Below, piece by piece: positions 11,732 to 21,455 of a stretch of 64,000 nt of DNA. A model generated the notes under the pieces. The model did no database searches. It saw only the letters and a program-made list of their open reading frames with translations, and had not been told where the DNA came from. This stretch comes from Acidimicrobiia bacterium. Its GTDB lineage: Bacteria > Actinomycetota > Acidimicrobiia > Spongiisociales > UBA5794. Location: assembly GCA_041393965.1 (NCBI GenBank), contig JAWKJB010000003.1, forward strand, positions 192,488 to 256,487. Direction: 5' to 3'. Made by a program: the position numbers and the translations under genes. Positions within the stretch are counted from its first letter, which is position 1. Every line of letters starts with the position of its first letter.

Positions 11732-12624
11732 CCGTCGCCGCGATCGACATCGGAACCAACTCCATGAGGCTTCTCATCGTGTCCGATCGGGGCGATGAGC
11801 TCCACCGCGAGGTCGTCGTGACCGGACTTGGGACGGGTGTCGATGCGACGGGCCGGTTCGAGCCTTCGCGGGTTGCAGAGACCCTCGCGGTGATGGAGGC
11901 ATTTCGGTCGAAGGTCGACGCTTTCGGTTCCGGCACCCTTGGCGCGGTTGCGACTTCGGCGACCCGGGACGCGGTCAATGGTCACGACTTCGTCGGTGCG
12001 GTCGCGAGCCGGATCGGCGTGACACCTGCCATCGTCACCGGGGAGCGTGAGGCCGAGCTGTCGTTTCGTGGAGCCATGATGAACCTGGCGCAGCAGCCGA
12101 CGCTTGTGATCGATGTGGGTGGTGGATCGACCGAGTTCATGCAGGGCATTACCCGACCCGAGATGTCGGTGAGTATCGACATCGGTTCGGTCCGCATCAC
12201 CGACCGATGTCTGCCGGATCACCCCACGACCGCTGGCCAGATTCGGGTCGCTCGGGCGCTTGCCGAAGAGCTGTTTGCGCCCGTTCCGAAAGCCGATGGG
12301 GCACGCGTCGTCGGCGTTGCCGGAACCTTCACGAGCCTTTCGGCGATCGCGTCGGGTCACCCGACATATGACCGTACGGTGATCGACGGATCGTCGCTGA
12401 CCCTGCACCAGATCGATGGGCTCGTGGAGCGTTTGTCGGTGATGACGCTCGCGGAACTCGAAGCGATCGGCCCGCTGGATCCTCGAAGGGCGCCCGTCAT
12501 CGTCGGCGGCGCCATCGTCGCAGCGGGCGCCCTTCGTGCTGTTGGCGCCGAGGTGGTCACCGTGAGCGAATCGGATCTCCTCGACGGGCTTGTCCTCGAG
12601 CTGCTCACAAACAACAGCCGTTGA
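11728..12624 (+). CDS. ppx: exopolyphosphatase / guanosine pentaphosphate phosphohydrolase (Ppx/GppA family)
   Basis: ATG 11728 overlapping the DUF501 stop (ATGA); N-terminal AIDIGTNSMRLLI actin-like ATPase fold motifs. Confidence 0.85.
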   Translation: MTVAAIDIGTNSMRLLIVSDRGDELHREVVVTGLGTGVDATGRFEPSRVAETLAVMEAFRSKVDAFGSGTLGAVATSATRDAVNGHDFVGAVASRIGVTPAIVTGEREAELSFRGAMMNLAQQPTLVIDVGGGSTEFMQGITRPEMSVSIDIGSVRITDRCLPDHPTTAGQIRVARALAEELFAPVPKADGARVVGVAGTFTSLSAIASGHPTYDRTVIDGSSLTLHQIDGLVERLSVMTLAELEAIGPLDPRRAPVIVGGAIVAAGALRAVGAEVVTVSESDLLDGLVLELLTNNSR

Positions 12625-12626
12625 GG

Positions 12627-14687
12627 TCAGGTCCTCGCCTCGGCGAGGGCGCGATCGACGAGGTGAGCAGGCATCTCCTGGTAGTGGTCGTGCTCGGCGT
12701 TGAAGCTTCCCCATCCGTGTGTCAACGACCGCAAGTCGATGGCGTACCGCACGATCTCGGATGTGGGAATCATCGCGGTGATCGTCTGTGTGCCATCGCT
12801 CGCCGCCGTCGATCCCTGCACCGATCCGCGTCGTGCGGCGATGTCGCCCATGACATCCCCTTGGTATTCGCTCGGGACGGTGATGGAAACCCTCGAGATG
12901 GGTTCGAGCAGCACCGGCATTCCCTTGTCGAATGCCTCCTTGAACCCGGCGCGTGCAGCGAGCTTGAACGACATCTCGCTCGAATCCACGGTGTGTGCCT
13001 TGCCGTCGTCGACCGTGACCTCGACATCGACGACCGGGTAGCCGTGGTTGCCCCCTTGTGCCATCGTCTCGACGACACCTTTCTCCACGGCGGGGATGTA
13101 CGAGCGAGGGATCGCCCCCCCTTTGACCTGATCGACGAACACGAAACCCTCCCCCCGCGGAAGGGGTCGCAGGATCAGGTGACAGACACCGAACTGGCCG
13201 TGGCCACCGGACTGCTTCTTGTGCTTCCCTTCGGCATCGGCAGGTCTGGTGATGGTCTCTCGATACGGAACACGGACGGGCTCCTGGTCGACCTTGACAC
13301 CGAACTTGCGATCGAGCTTCTCAAGGGCGATTGACAGGTGCATCTCGCCCATTCCGTACAGCAGCGTCTGTTTCGTCTCGTCGTTCCGTTCGAGCCTGAG
13401 CGATGAATCCTCTTCAAGGATCCGGTGGAGGGCTGACGCCATCTTGTCATCATCGGATTGAGTCTGCGGGACGAGGGCGGTTGCGAGCACCGGCGCCGGA
13501 CGGTCGACCGGTGGCACGATCACGGGCTTGTGCTTCGGTGCAAGCGTGTCGCCGGTCTGGGTGTCCTGGAGCTTTGCTGCTGCGACGATGTCGCCTGCGG
13601 GCGCTGCGTCGACTAGCGTCGTCTCCTTGCCGAACATCGTTGCGATCTTCGCGAGGCGTTCATCCTGGCCCGATCGGCTGTTCGTGAGCTGGGTCTCGGG
13701 TTTGAGGGTTCCCGACAGCACCTTGAACACCGAGATCTGCCCCACATAGGGATCGGCGAAGGTCTTGAACACGAAGGCAAGCGGGTCGCCGTTGGGGTTC
13801 TTCGGCACCTCGACCTGTTCACCACCGGCGACGACGACGGCTGGGGGGCGGTCGAGTGGGGAAGGGCCGAGTTCGACGATGAAGTCGGCAAGCCGGTCCA
13901 CCGCGATGGGGCCGACCGCTGATCCGCAGACCACAGGGAAGACCGTGGCGTCTGCGACACCCTTCGCCATGGTGTCTTCGAGTTCCTGAACCGATGGGAC
14001 GGTTCCTTCGAGGTACTGCTCGAGCATGTCGTCGTCGGCCACGACGATCCCTTCAACGAGGTTGTCGTGCACCTCGCTGGCGCGGGCGACGAGCCCTTCG
14101 GGGATGTCTGCGGCTTGCGCCTGCCCCGAGTCGTACACATGTGCCTTGTTCCGAAACAGGTCGGCGACCCCGCGGAAGGAATCCTCGATGCCGATCGGCA
14201 ACTCGATGGGAGCGATCCCCGCGCCGAATCGTTCGCGTAGCTGGGCAAGGGTCCGGTCGAACGACGCGCGTTCCTTGTCGAGCTTGTTGATGAAGATCAT
14301 GCGAGGCGTCTTGAGCTGGTGGGCCACCTTCCACGCATAGGCGGTCTGCACCTCGATGCCGTCAACGGCGCTAACGACGAAGACGGCGAGGTCCGCGACC
14401 CGAAGTGCGGCGTGCACATCGCCTGCGAAGTCGGCGTAGCCGGGGGTATCGATCAGGTTGATCTTGTGGTCCCGCCAGACGAACGGAGCGAGGGCCAGGG
14501 TGAGCGAGATGCCCCGATCGTGCTCCTCGGGGTCGTAGTCAGTGACGGTATTGCGGTCCTCGACTCTGCCGAGGCGCGTGACCGCTCCGGCGCGGTACAG
14601 CAATGCTTCGGCGAGAGTGGTCTTCCCGGACCCCGTGTGGCCCACGAGTGCAACATTGCGAATCCGTTCGGGAGGGAAGACCTTCAC
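12627..14687 (-). CDS. fusA2: elongation factor G family GTPase (EF-G2-like paralogue)
   Basis: 686 aa; G1 GHTGSGKTT, G3 DTPGYADF, G4 NKLD; five-domain EF-G architecture. Confidence 0.85.
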   Translation of the reverse strand: MKVFPPERIRNVALVGHTGSGKTTLAEALLYRAGAVTRLGRVEDRNTVTDYDPEEHDRGISLTLALAPFVWRDHKINLIDTPGYADFAGDVHAALRVADLAVFVVSAVDGIEVQTAYAWKVAHQLKTPRMIFINKLDKERASFDRTLAQLRERFGAGIAPIELPIGIEDSFRGVADLFRNKAHVYDSGQAQAADIPEGLVARASEVHDNLVEGIVVADDDMLEQYLEGTVPSVQELEDTMAKGVADATVFPVVCGSAVGPIAVDRLADFIVELGPSPLDRPPAVVVAGGEQVEVPKNPNGDPLAFVFKTFADPYVGQISVFKVLSGTLKPETQLTNSRSGQDERLAKIATMFGKETTLVDAAPAGDIVAAAKLQDTQTGDTLAPKHKPVIVPPVDRPAPVLATALVPQTQSDDDKMASALHRILEEDSSLRLERNDETKQTLLYGMGEMHLSIALEKLDRKFGVKVDQEPVRVPYRETITRPADAEGKHKKQSGGHGQFGVCHLILRPLPRGEGFVFVDQVKGGAIPRSYIPAVEKGVVETMAQGGNHGYPVVDVEVTVDDGKAHTVDSSEMSFKLAARAGFKEAFDKGMPVLLEPISRVSITVPSEYQGDVMGDIAARRGSVQGSTAASDGTQTITAMIPTSEIVRYAIDLRSLTHGWGSFNAEHDHYQEMPAHLVDRALAEART

Positions 14688-14768
14688 CCACCATCTCCTT
14701 GATCGAGTCCGTACAGCCTACGCAGTCGCGGAACGCCACGACGAGTCGGACACGGTACCCTCCGATGG

Positions 14769-14855
14769 GCCCGGGTGGCGAAACTGGCAGACGCGGCGGA
14801 CTTAAAATCCGCTACTCGAAAGGGTGTGTGGGTTCAAATCCCGCCCCGGGCACCA
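14769..14855 (+). tRNA. tRNA-Leu (anticodon UAA), 87 nt including encoded CCA
   Basis: hand-folded: acceptor GCCCGGG/CCCGGGC, anticodon loop CTTAAAA, long variable arm, T-loop GGTTCAAATCC, 3' ACCA. Confidence 0.85.
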
Positions 14856-14908
14856 TGCCCTCAGTTACCGGTGAGTGGCCGGAGAGGGTTGCAGCGCGCG
14901 GCTCGCTG

Positions 14909-15262
14909 TCACGACCGAAGACCGAGCAGCTCCGCCTTTCGCTCGGCGTAGGCGCCATCGTCGATGGCTCCCCTCGAACGCTGCTCGACGAGGTCCTCGA
15001 GGCCAGACACGATCGCCGACGCGCGTGGGGTTGAGCCCATCTCCGCCTTCCCCGGTGGGTCGGGGATGGGCCGGACGGCGAAGTAGGCGGCAATGCCGAT
15101 GTAGGTGGTGATGACCATTGCTGCACCCCACAGGACCTTTGGTATGACCCCCAGATCGGGCCCGCGGGCAAGGTCCCAGAAAGCGGCGATCCACAGCGCG
15201 ACGAGAGGAACCACAAGGGCGATCCACAGCACGGTGCTGCTGTTGTCGTCGAGAAGCGACAC
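14909..15262 (-). CDS. small membrane protein, PLDc_N (cardiolipin-synthase N-terminal-like) + SHOCT C-terminal domain
   Basis: two TM helices with conserved W/FWDL segment; C-terminal …DDGAYAERKAELLG (SHOCT-like); tandem paralogue of next gene. Confidence 0.55.
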   Translation of the reverse strand: MSLLDDNSSTVLWIALVVPLVALWIAAFWDLARGPDLGVIPKVLWGAAMVITTYIGIAAYFAVRPIPDPPGKAEMGSTPRASAIVSGLEDLVEQRSRGAIDDGAYAERKAELLGLRS

Positions 15263-15265
15263 AGG

Positions 15266-15637
15266 TCAGCTCAGCAGTTTGGCCTTGAACGCTTCGTATT
15301 CCTCTTGGTTGATGGCGCCCGCGTCGCGCAGGGTGGCGAACTTCTCCACCTGATCGGCGTACGAGCTCGCGACCGTTGAAGCGGGAGGGACACTCCGCAT
15401 TGCCTCTTCCATCGGACTCGGTGGTCTCGCAATGAAGTAGATCACCATGCCGATGAGCGGCAGCAGCACGATGGTGATGGCCCAGAGGGCCTTCGCCGCG
15501 CCGGAGAGATTGTCCCGTTTCGTGAGGTCGAGGAGCGTGAAGACCCACAGCATGATGAGTGGGATGTAGATCAAAAGGATGAAGAAGAGGTTCCAGAAGG
15601 TCAATGTCCGCTCCGTTGTCGTGGATGGTTCATCCAT
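15266..15637 (-). CDS. small membrane protein, PLDc_N + SHOCT domain (paralogue)
   Basis: same architecture (…LWVFTLLDL…; C-terminal AINQEEYEAFKAKLLS); 3 nt from previous gene. Confidence 0.55.
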   Translation of the reverse strand: MDEPSTTTERTLTFWNLFFILLIYIPLIMLWVFTLLDLTKRDNLSGAAKALWAITIVLLPLIGMVIYFIARPPSPMEEAMRSVPPASTVASSYADQVEKFATLRDAGAINQEEYEAFKAKLLS

Positions 15638-15732
15638 CGTACTCGGTTCGCGGCAATCGCCCCGCGAAGGACGACTCCTTCACTCAGGCGTCCGTCCTGC
15701 CGATAGGACTGCATGGTTCCCACCAGCCACCC

Positions 15733-17163
15733 ATGCTGATCCCGGTCGTCGCCGGGATCGTTGTCGCGGCGGCCGCCTCCATGGTGGTCATTGCCGTGGT
15801 ACGCCGCCCCGAGCCGGTTGCGGACCCGATCGGGCACTTCGATGCCCTCACCGGCCTCATCAACCGAACGCTCTTCCAGGATCGTGTCACAAGCGCCTTG
15901 TCCCGCGCTCGTCGGGACGGCGGTCTCCTGACGCTGATGTTTCTCGACATCGACGGGTTCAAGGATGTCAACGATCGGTTCGGTCACGCCGTTGGCGATG
16001 AGCTGCTGCGCCAGATCGCAGGACGCCTGATCTCGGTCCTGCGTGAAACCGATACCGTCGCTCGGCTCGGGGGCGACGAGTTCACCATCATCCTCGAGGG
16101 TGGTCGGCGTGTCGAGGATGCCGGCCGGGTCGCGACGAAGATCCTGCGGACCGCGGCAGCACCGTACAGGGTGGGGGAGCGCGAGCTCGTGATCACCGTG
16201 TCGATCGGGATCTCGATGTACCCGGTCGACGGTGACAGCTACGAGGAGCTCATGAAGGGGGCCGACACGGCGATGTACCAAGCCAAGACGGCTGGCAAGA
16301 ACACCTATCAGTACTACACCCGGTCGTTGCGGGACCGGACATCGGATCGCCTTGCGCTTCTCGACGACCTCAGGGAAGCGATCGAGGCAGGCGATCAACT
16401 ACGGCTTGCGTATCTGCCGAAGGTCGATGCCGTACGCGGTGCTGTGACCGGGCTCGAGGCACTGGTGCGATGGCAGCACCCGACGAGGGGGCTCCTGTTG
16501 CCCGGTACCTTCGTTCCCCTCGCCGAGGAGTCCGACCTCATCGCACCGATGAGCCAGTGGGTGCTCGATGAGGCGTGCCACGACATGAAACGGTGGGTCC
16601 AGAACGGTATTCGCCCGCTGCGGCTTTCGGTGAACATCTCGGACCGCATGTTTCGTGACACGAACCTGGTGGAGGCGATCGCGGTGTCGCTCGCGGTCGC
16701 GGACCTCGATCCCCGCTACCTCGAGGTCGAGGTGACCGAGCGAACCATCACGATGGAGGCAGAGCGTGCCGGTCGGGCTATCGAGCGTCTCACCGACATG
16801 GGCGTCAATGTGTCGATCGACGACTTCGGGACGGGCTCGTCGAGCCTCCGCCACCTCCAGAACCTCCCGATCAGGGCGCTGAAGATTGACAACTCGTTCG
16901 TCGACAAGATTCATGAGCGCAAGGCTTCCCAGGCCATCGCTGCGTCCATCGTTGCCATTGCATCATGCCTCGGGATCGATGTCGTTGCCGAGGGTGTGCA
17001 ATCCGCAGACGAACTCGCGTGGCTCACCGAGGTCGGCTGTAACCAGGTGCAGGGGTTCCTTGTGGCCAAGCCGCTTGCTCCAGAGGAGGTTGTCGACTTC
17101 GTAGCCACCTACGACCGGACTCTGTCGTTCCCGACAAATCCCCTCCCGGACTCCACCGTGTGA
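15733..17163 (+). CDS. membrane-anchored diguanylate cyclase/phosphodiesterase (GGDEF + EAL)
   Basis: N-terminal TM helix; GGDEF motif (RLGGDEFTII); EAL domain (EALVRW…DDFGTG…); start could be further upstream (ORF opens at 15604). Confidence 0.85.
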   Translation: MLIPVVAGIVVAAAASMVVIAVVRRPEPVADPIGHFDALTGLINRTLFQDRVTSALSRARRDGGLLTLMFLDIDGFKDVNDRFGHAVGDELLRQIAGRLISVLRETDTVARLGGDEFTIILEGGRRVEDAGRVATKILRTAAAPYRVGERELVITVSIGISMYPVDGDSYEELMKGADTAMYQAKTAGKNTYQYYTRSLRDRTSDRLALLDDLREAIEAGDQLRLAYLPKVDAVRGAVTGLEALVRWQHPTRGLLLPGTFVPLAEESDLIAPMSQWVLDEACHDMKRWVQNGIRPLRLSVNISDRMFRDTNLVEAIAVSLAVADLDPRYLEVEVTERTITMEAERAGRAIERLTDMGVNVSIDDFGTGSSSLRHLQNLPIRALKIDNSFVDKIHERKASQAIAASIVAIASCLGIDVVAEGVQSADELAWLTEVGCNQVQGFLVAKPLAPEEVVDFVATYDRTLSFPTNPLPDSTV

Positions 17164-17172
17164 ACCGAGCCG

Positions 17173-19998
17173 GTGTGGGATATCGGCTCCGGATGCCGGA
17201 TGACCCGCGCGTGGGACAATGGTCCCGATTGGGAGGAGCCATTGACCACGACAACCCGAGTCAGCGTCTCGATCGACGATCCCCCGGTCGGATATCCGAG
17301 CGACTGGGAGGAGGACGCCGTCCTCAAGGACGGATCCACGGTGAGGATCCGGCCCATTGTCCCTTCGGACCGGATCGCCCTTCAGGCGTTCGTCAAGGAG
17401 ATGTCAACCGAGACGAGCTACTTCCGGTTCTTTCGCGTCAAGCGTGAACTGAGCGAGGAGGAACTCGCGGCGTTCACCACGCTCGACTACCACACCGCGA
17501 TGGCGTTCATCGCGATCGCCGATGGTCGTCTCGTGGGAGTTGGAAGGTATTCCACCCTCAAGGACGCAGATGACGGCGCCGAAATCGCGTTCACTGTCGC
17601 CGACGACATGCAGGGGCGGGGCATCGGAACCCTTCTCGTGTTTCGCATCGCCGCGTACGCCCGAGCCCTTGGCATCACCGCCTTCAAGGCGTATGTCCTT
17701 TCGGACAACCACGCGATGATGCGCGTCTTCCGCAATGCCGGTTTTGTGCTCACCCGCGAGATCGACGAGGGCGTCTATACCGTGACGATTCCGACCGAGG
17801 AATCCGACTCGGTTCGAGAAGCCGAGGGCGAAGCCGAACGAAGGGCAACAGCCGCGAGCCTCATGCCGTTGTTCTACCCGGCAGCGATCGCGGTCATCGG
17901 TGCGTCGCGTAACAAGCTGTCCATCGGTGGTCGACTGTTCAACAACATCATCAATGCCGATTTCACCGGTCCCGTCTATCCCGTGAACCGGAACACCTCT
18001 GTCGTCCGATCGATCCCGAGCTTCAAGTCGATCCTCGACATCGACGCTCCGATCGATCTTGCGTTCATCGTGGTGCCCGCATCGCAGGTGATCGACACGG
18101 TCCGCGAGTGCGCGCAGAAGGGAGTCCGGAGCATCTGTGTGATCTCGGCCGGGTTCTCCGAGACGGGGGCCGCCGGAGCCGCTGCAGAACGGGAGCTGCT
18201 CGATGTCGTGCGTTCGGCGGGCATGCGCATGGTCGGTCCGAACTGCATGGGGCTTCTCAACACCGATCCCGCCGTGAGCCTCGACGGCCAGTTCGGGCCC
18301 GTGACCCCGCCGAGAGGCAATGTCGCCATGTCGTCCCAGAGCGGTGCCCTTGGACTGGCCATCTTGGACCACGCGAGCAATCTCAACATCGGGATCTCGA
18401 CCTTCGTGTCGGTCGGGAACAAGGCAGATGTCTCCGGCAATGATCTCCTCCTCTTCTGGGAAGGCGACCCGAACACCGATGTGATCCTGTTGTATCTCGA
18501 GTCGTTCGGGAATCCCCGCCGATTCTCGAGGATTGCGCGGCGAATCGGGAGGACCAAGCCCATCGTCGCTGTCAAGTCCGGTCGAACCAGCGCTGGAGCC
18601 CGTGCAGCTTCGAGCCATACGGGATCGCTGGCAAGCCTCGATGTGGCGGTCGACGCCCTCTTCCGCCAGTCGGGAGTGATCCGTGTCACGACCATCGAGG
18701 AGCTCTTCGATGTGACAGCGCTCGTGGCCAACCAGCCGATCCCGAAGGGACGAAGGGTGGGGCTCGTGACGAACGCTGGCGGGCCAGCGATCCTCGCCGT
18801 GGACGCCCTCGAATCCCAGGGTCTCGAGATCCCCCAGCTGTCGGACGAGTTCCAGGCGAACTTGCGGTCGTTCCTGTCGCCGGACGCCGCCGTTGCGAAT
18901 CCCGTCGACATGATCGCCTCGGCGGGGCCGGACGAGTACCGCAGGGCCATCTCGATGATGCTTGAAAGCCCGGAGCTCGACTCGGTCATCGCGCTGTACA
19001 TCCCGGCATCCATCGAGGGAGTCATCGAGACCGCCGTTGCGATCCGTCAGGCTGCCGAGTCCGGCCCGCCGGACACGCCGTTCCTCGCGGTGTACATGAA
19101 CTCGTCAGGAGCGCCGTCGGAACTCGCGAGCGAACTCGCGAGTTTCCCCGCCTTTCCGTTTCCGGAACGGGCGGCCAAGGCGCTGCGCAAGGCCGTCGAC
19201 TACGCCGAATGGCTTGGCAAGCCGACCGGGCACCCGGTCGAATTCGACGACCTCGATCCCGATACGGTTGCGACGGTGATCACCCGAGCCCTCACCGGAG
19301 CCGACGAGGCCACCTGGCTGGATGCCGACGCTGTCGAAGCGGTACTGAGCGCCTACGGCATGCGTCTTCCTGCGTCGGCCGTGGTCCGCACAGCCGATGA
19401 GGCGGTTGCGTTCGCCGAAGGTGTCGGTGGATCCGTCGTCCTCAAGGTGATTGCCCCATCAGCCATCCACAAGTCCGATGTCGGCGGGGTCGCGCTCGAC
19501 CTCACGGGCGAAGACGACATCCGGGCAGCATTCGTCCAAGTCACCGGTGCGGTCCCCGACGCCGAAGGTGTGCTCGTCCAGGAGTTCGTCGCTGGCGGCC
19601 ACGAGATCCTGATCGGCATGTTCGAGGATCCGAACTTCGGTCCGTTGATCGGCTTCGGGCTCGGCGGCGTCTTCGTCGAGCTCATCAAGGATGTCGCATT
19701 CAAGATCCATCCGCTGACCGATCTCGACGCCCGCGACCTCATCTCGGAGGTCAGATCCGGCAAGCTGCTCGATGGCTATCGTGGCGGAGAGGCCGGTGAT
19801 GTCGACGCGGTTGTCGAGACGCTTCTACGCGTGTCAGCGCTCGTCGAGCAGCACCGTGAGATCGTGGAGATGGATCTCAACCCCGTGAAGGTGGCAAGGC
19901 CCGGTGAAGGTGTCACGATCGTCGATGCCCGCATCAAGGTTCGCCCCATCGAAGGACGATGGATACCATCTCGGTCGGATCAACCGATGAGGCTGTGA
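17173..19998 (+). CDS. PatA-type protein lysine acetyltransferase: N-terminal GNAT fused to NDP-forming acyl-CoA synthetase-like (CoA-binding + ATP-grasp) domains
   Basis: GNAT motifs (…VGVGRY…QGRGIGTLL…); then CoA-binding (AVIGASRNKLSIGG), succinyl-CoA-synthetase-like and ATP-grasp regions; reversed domain order as described for Streptomyces PatA; start 17173 or 17200. Confidence 0.8.
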   Translation: MWDIGSGCRMTRAWDNGPDWEEPLTTTTRVSVSIDDPPVGYPSDWEEDAVLKDGSTVRIRPIVPSDRIALQAFVKEMSTETSYFRFFRVKRELSEEELAAFTTLDYHTAMAFIAIADGRLVGVGRYSTLKDADDGAEIAFTVADDMQGRGIGTLLVFRIAAYARALGITAFKAYVLSDNHAMMRVFRNAGFVLTREIDEGVYTVTIPTEESDSVREAEGEAERRATAASLMPLFYPAAIAVIGASRNKLSIGGRLFNNIINADFTGPVYPVNRNTSVVRSIPSFKSILDIDAPIDLAFIVVPASQVIDTVRECAQKGVRSICVISAGFSETGAAGAAAERELLDVVRSAGMRMVGPNCMGLLNTDPAVSLDGQFGPVTPPRGNVAMSSQSGALGLAILDHASNLNIGISTFVSVGNKADVSGNDLLLFWEGDPNTDVILLYLESFGNPRRFSRIARRIGRTKPIVAVKSGRTSAGARAASSHTGSLASLDVAVDALFRQSGVIRVTTIEELFDVTALVANQPIPKGRRVGLVTNAGGPAILAVDALESQGLEIPQLSDEFQANLRSFLSPDAAVANPVDMIASAGPDEYRRAISMMLESPELDSVIALYIPASIEGVIETAVAIRQAAESGPPDTPFLAVYMNSSGAPSELASELASFPAFPFPERAAKALRKAVDYAEWLGKPTGHPVEFDDLDPDTVATVITRALTGADEATWLDADAVEAVLSAYGMRLPASAVVRTADEAVAFAEGVGGSVVLKVIAPSAIHKSDVGGVALDLTGEDDIRAAFVQVTGAVPDAEGVLVQEFVAGGHEILIGMFEDPNFGPLIGFGLGGVFVELIKDVAFKIHPLTDLDARDLISEVRSGKLLDGYRGGEAGDVDAVVETLLRVSALVEQHREIVEMDLNPVKVARPGEGVTIVDARIKVRPIEGRWIPSRSDQPMRL

Positions 19999-20010
19999 GG
20001 AGGACGGACC

Positions 20011-20637
20011 GTGGAAGTGCGAGACCTGATGTCCACCGATGTCGTGGCGGTGGGCCCGACAACCTCGATTCGCGACGCCGCCCGCCTGATGTTTCGGTAC
20101 CGAATCTCCGGTCTCCCCGTCGTCGACATCGAGAACCGGCTCCTCGGGATCATCACCGAAGGCGACTTCCTCCAGATGGAGATCGAACGCATCGAGACCG
20201 GGGCCAATCCCCAACAGGTTGCTGCCGTGATGTCCACGACGGTCAAGACGATCCCCCCGAGCATGGATGTGATGGGTGCAGCCCGGTTCATGCAGGATCA
20301 GGAGGTCAAGCGTCTCGTCGTGGCTGAGGACGGCATCATGGTCGGCATCATCTCCCGCTTCGACATCGTTGCCGCCTTCACGCGGCCCGATGACCTCATC
20401 GAGGACGAGATCAGGGAAGATCTCGTCCGCCGTGTCCTGTTCGTCGACCCGGCGACGATCGATGTTGCGGTGACGAACGGCATTGTGACCTTCACGGGAT
20501 CGATCGGCACCCGAACCGAGGCACGGCTCGTCGAAGAGCTCGCCCGCCGTCTCGACGGCGTCGTTGATGTGCAAAACGAACTCACCTGGAGACTCGACGA
20601 CACCGACGAGACAGATGCCGATCTCTTCAGGGGCTGA
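20011..20637 (+). CDS. CBS-pair + BON domain protein
   Basis: two CBS motifs (…VVAVGPTTSIRDAARLM…SGLPVVD; …VKRLVVAEDGIMVGIISRFDIV) followed by BON-like C-terminus (VAVTNGIVTFTGSIGT…RLDGVVDVQNEL). Confidence 0.75.
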   Translation: MEVRDLMSTDVVAVGPTTSIRDAARLMFRYRISGLPVVDIENRLLGIITEGDFLQMEIERIETGANPQQVAAVMSTTVKTIPPSMDVMGAARFMQDQEVKRLVVAEDGIMVGIISRFDIVAAFTRPDDLIEDEIREDLVRRVLFVDPATIDVAVTNGIVTFTGSIGTRTEARLVEELARRLDGVVDVQNELTWRLDDTDETDADLFRG

Positions 20638-21427
20638 CCACGAAGGGCCGATCGCAACATCGGGCTCCGACCCCGCAGACGCGACCATGCTCCTCGCCCA
20701 CGCCGCTGGCTTCTGCAAGGAGCTGTGGCATCCCGTGGTCGCGGCACTCAGGCGTGAACAGCCGGATGTTGAAGCGTTGCTCATCGACACGCGGGGCCAC
20801 GGCCAGAGTACGCCGCATCCGGGGCCGTTCGATCCGGCTTCGATCGCAAGCGACATCATCGAGATCGTCGACCGCATCGACCGTCCCGTTGTCGGCGTGG
20901 GGCACTCGAGCGGAGGGGCAGCGCTCCCGCGCGTCGAGGCGCACCGACCAGGAACCTTCTCGAAGCTGGTCCTGATCGAACCCATCATCATCGAACCTCC
21001 GTACGCGCGGCGTGAGACCCCGCTGTCGATCAGTGCCGCAAAGCGGCGGGTGCATTTCGCGTCGGCCGAGCGTGCACGAAGACGGTTCGAGAAGCCATTC
21101 GCCTCGTGGAAACCGGAGGTCCTCGACCTCTATGTCGAGCATGCGTTCGAACACACCGACGACGGCCTCGTGCTGCGTTGCCTTCCCGAGGTCGAAGCTG
21201 AGGTGTACCGGGAAGGACTCAACAACGATGTCTGGGAGTTGATTCCGCACATCCGAGTCCCCGTCACGGTCGTCGCAGGGGAGACCTCGGACACGCTCAC
21301 AAGCTCGCACCTCGACCGCATCGTCGAACGGTTCGACGACGCAACACTCGTGGTTGCCGAGGGGCACGGCCATCTCGTCCCCATGGAAGCACCAGACCTG
21401 ATCGCGGAGATCATCGCGCGGGCGTGA
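20615..21427 (+). CDS. alpha/beta hydrolase fold protein
   Basis: HG-like oxyanion region (LLAHAAGF), nucleophile elbow GVGHSSGG, C-terminal His; start ambiguous (20567/20615/20687). Confidence 0.7.
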   Translation: MPISSGADHEGPIATSGSDPADATMLLAHAAGFCKELWHPVVAALRREQPDVEALLIDTRGHGQSTPHPGPFDPASIASDIIEIVDRIDRPVVGVGHSSGGAALPRVEAHRPGTFSKLVLIEPIIIEPPYARRETPLSISAAKRRVHFASAERARRRFEKPFASWKPEVLDLYVEHAFEHTDDGLVLRCLPEVEAEVYREGLNNDVWELIPHIRVPVTVVAGETSDTLTSSHLDRIVERFDDATLVVAEGHGHLVPMEAPDLIAEIIARA

Positions 21428-21455
21428 TCGACAGCCTGGTCGGTACCATCGGCAG

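Noticed and set aside
14769-21427. Possible genomic island integrated at the tRNA-Leu 3' end
   Set aside because: No integrase, recombinase, phage genes or visible duplicated tRNA 3' segment. GC content and gene types (signalling, acetylation, hydrolase) look like core genome.
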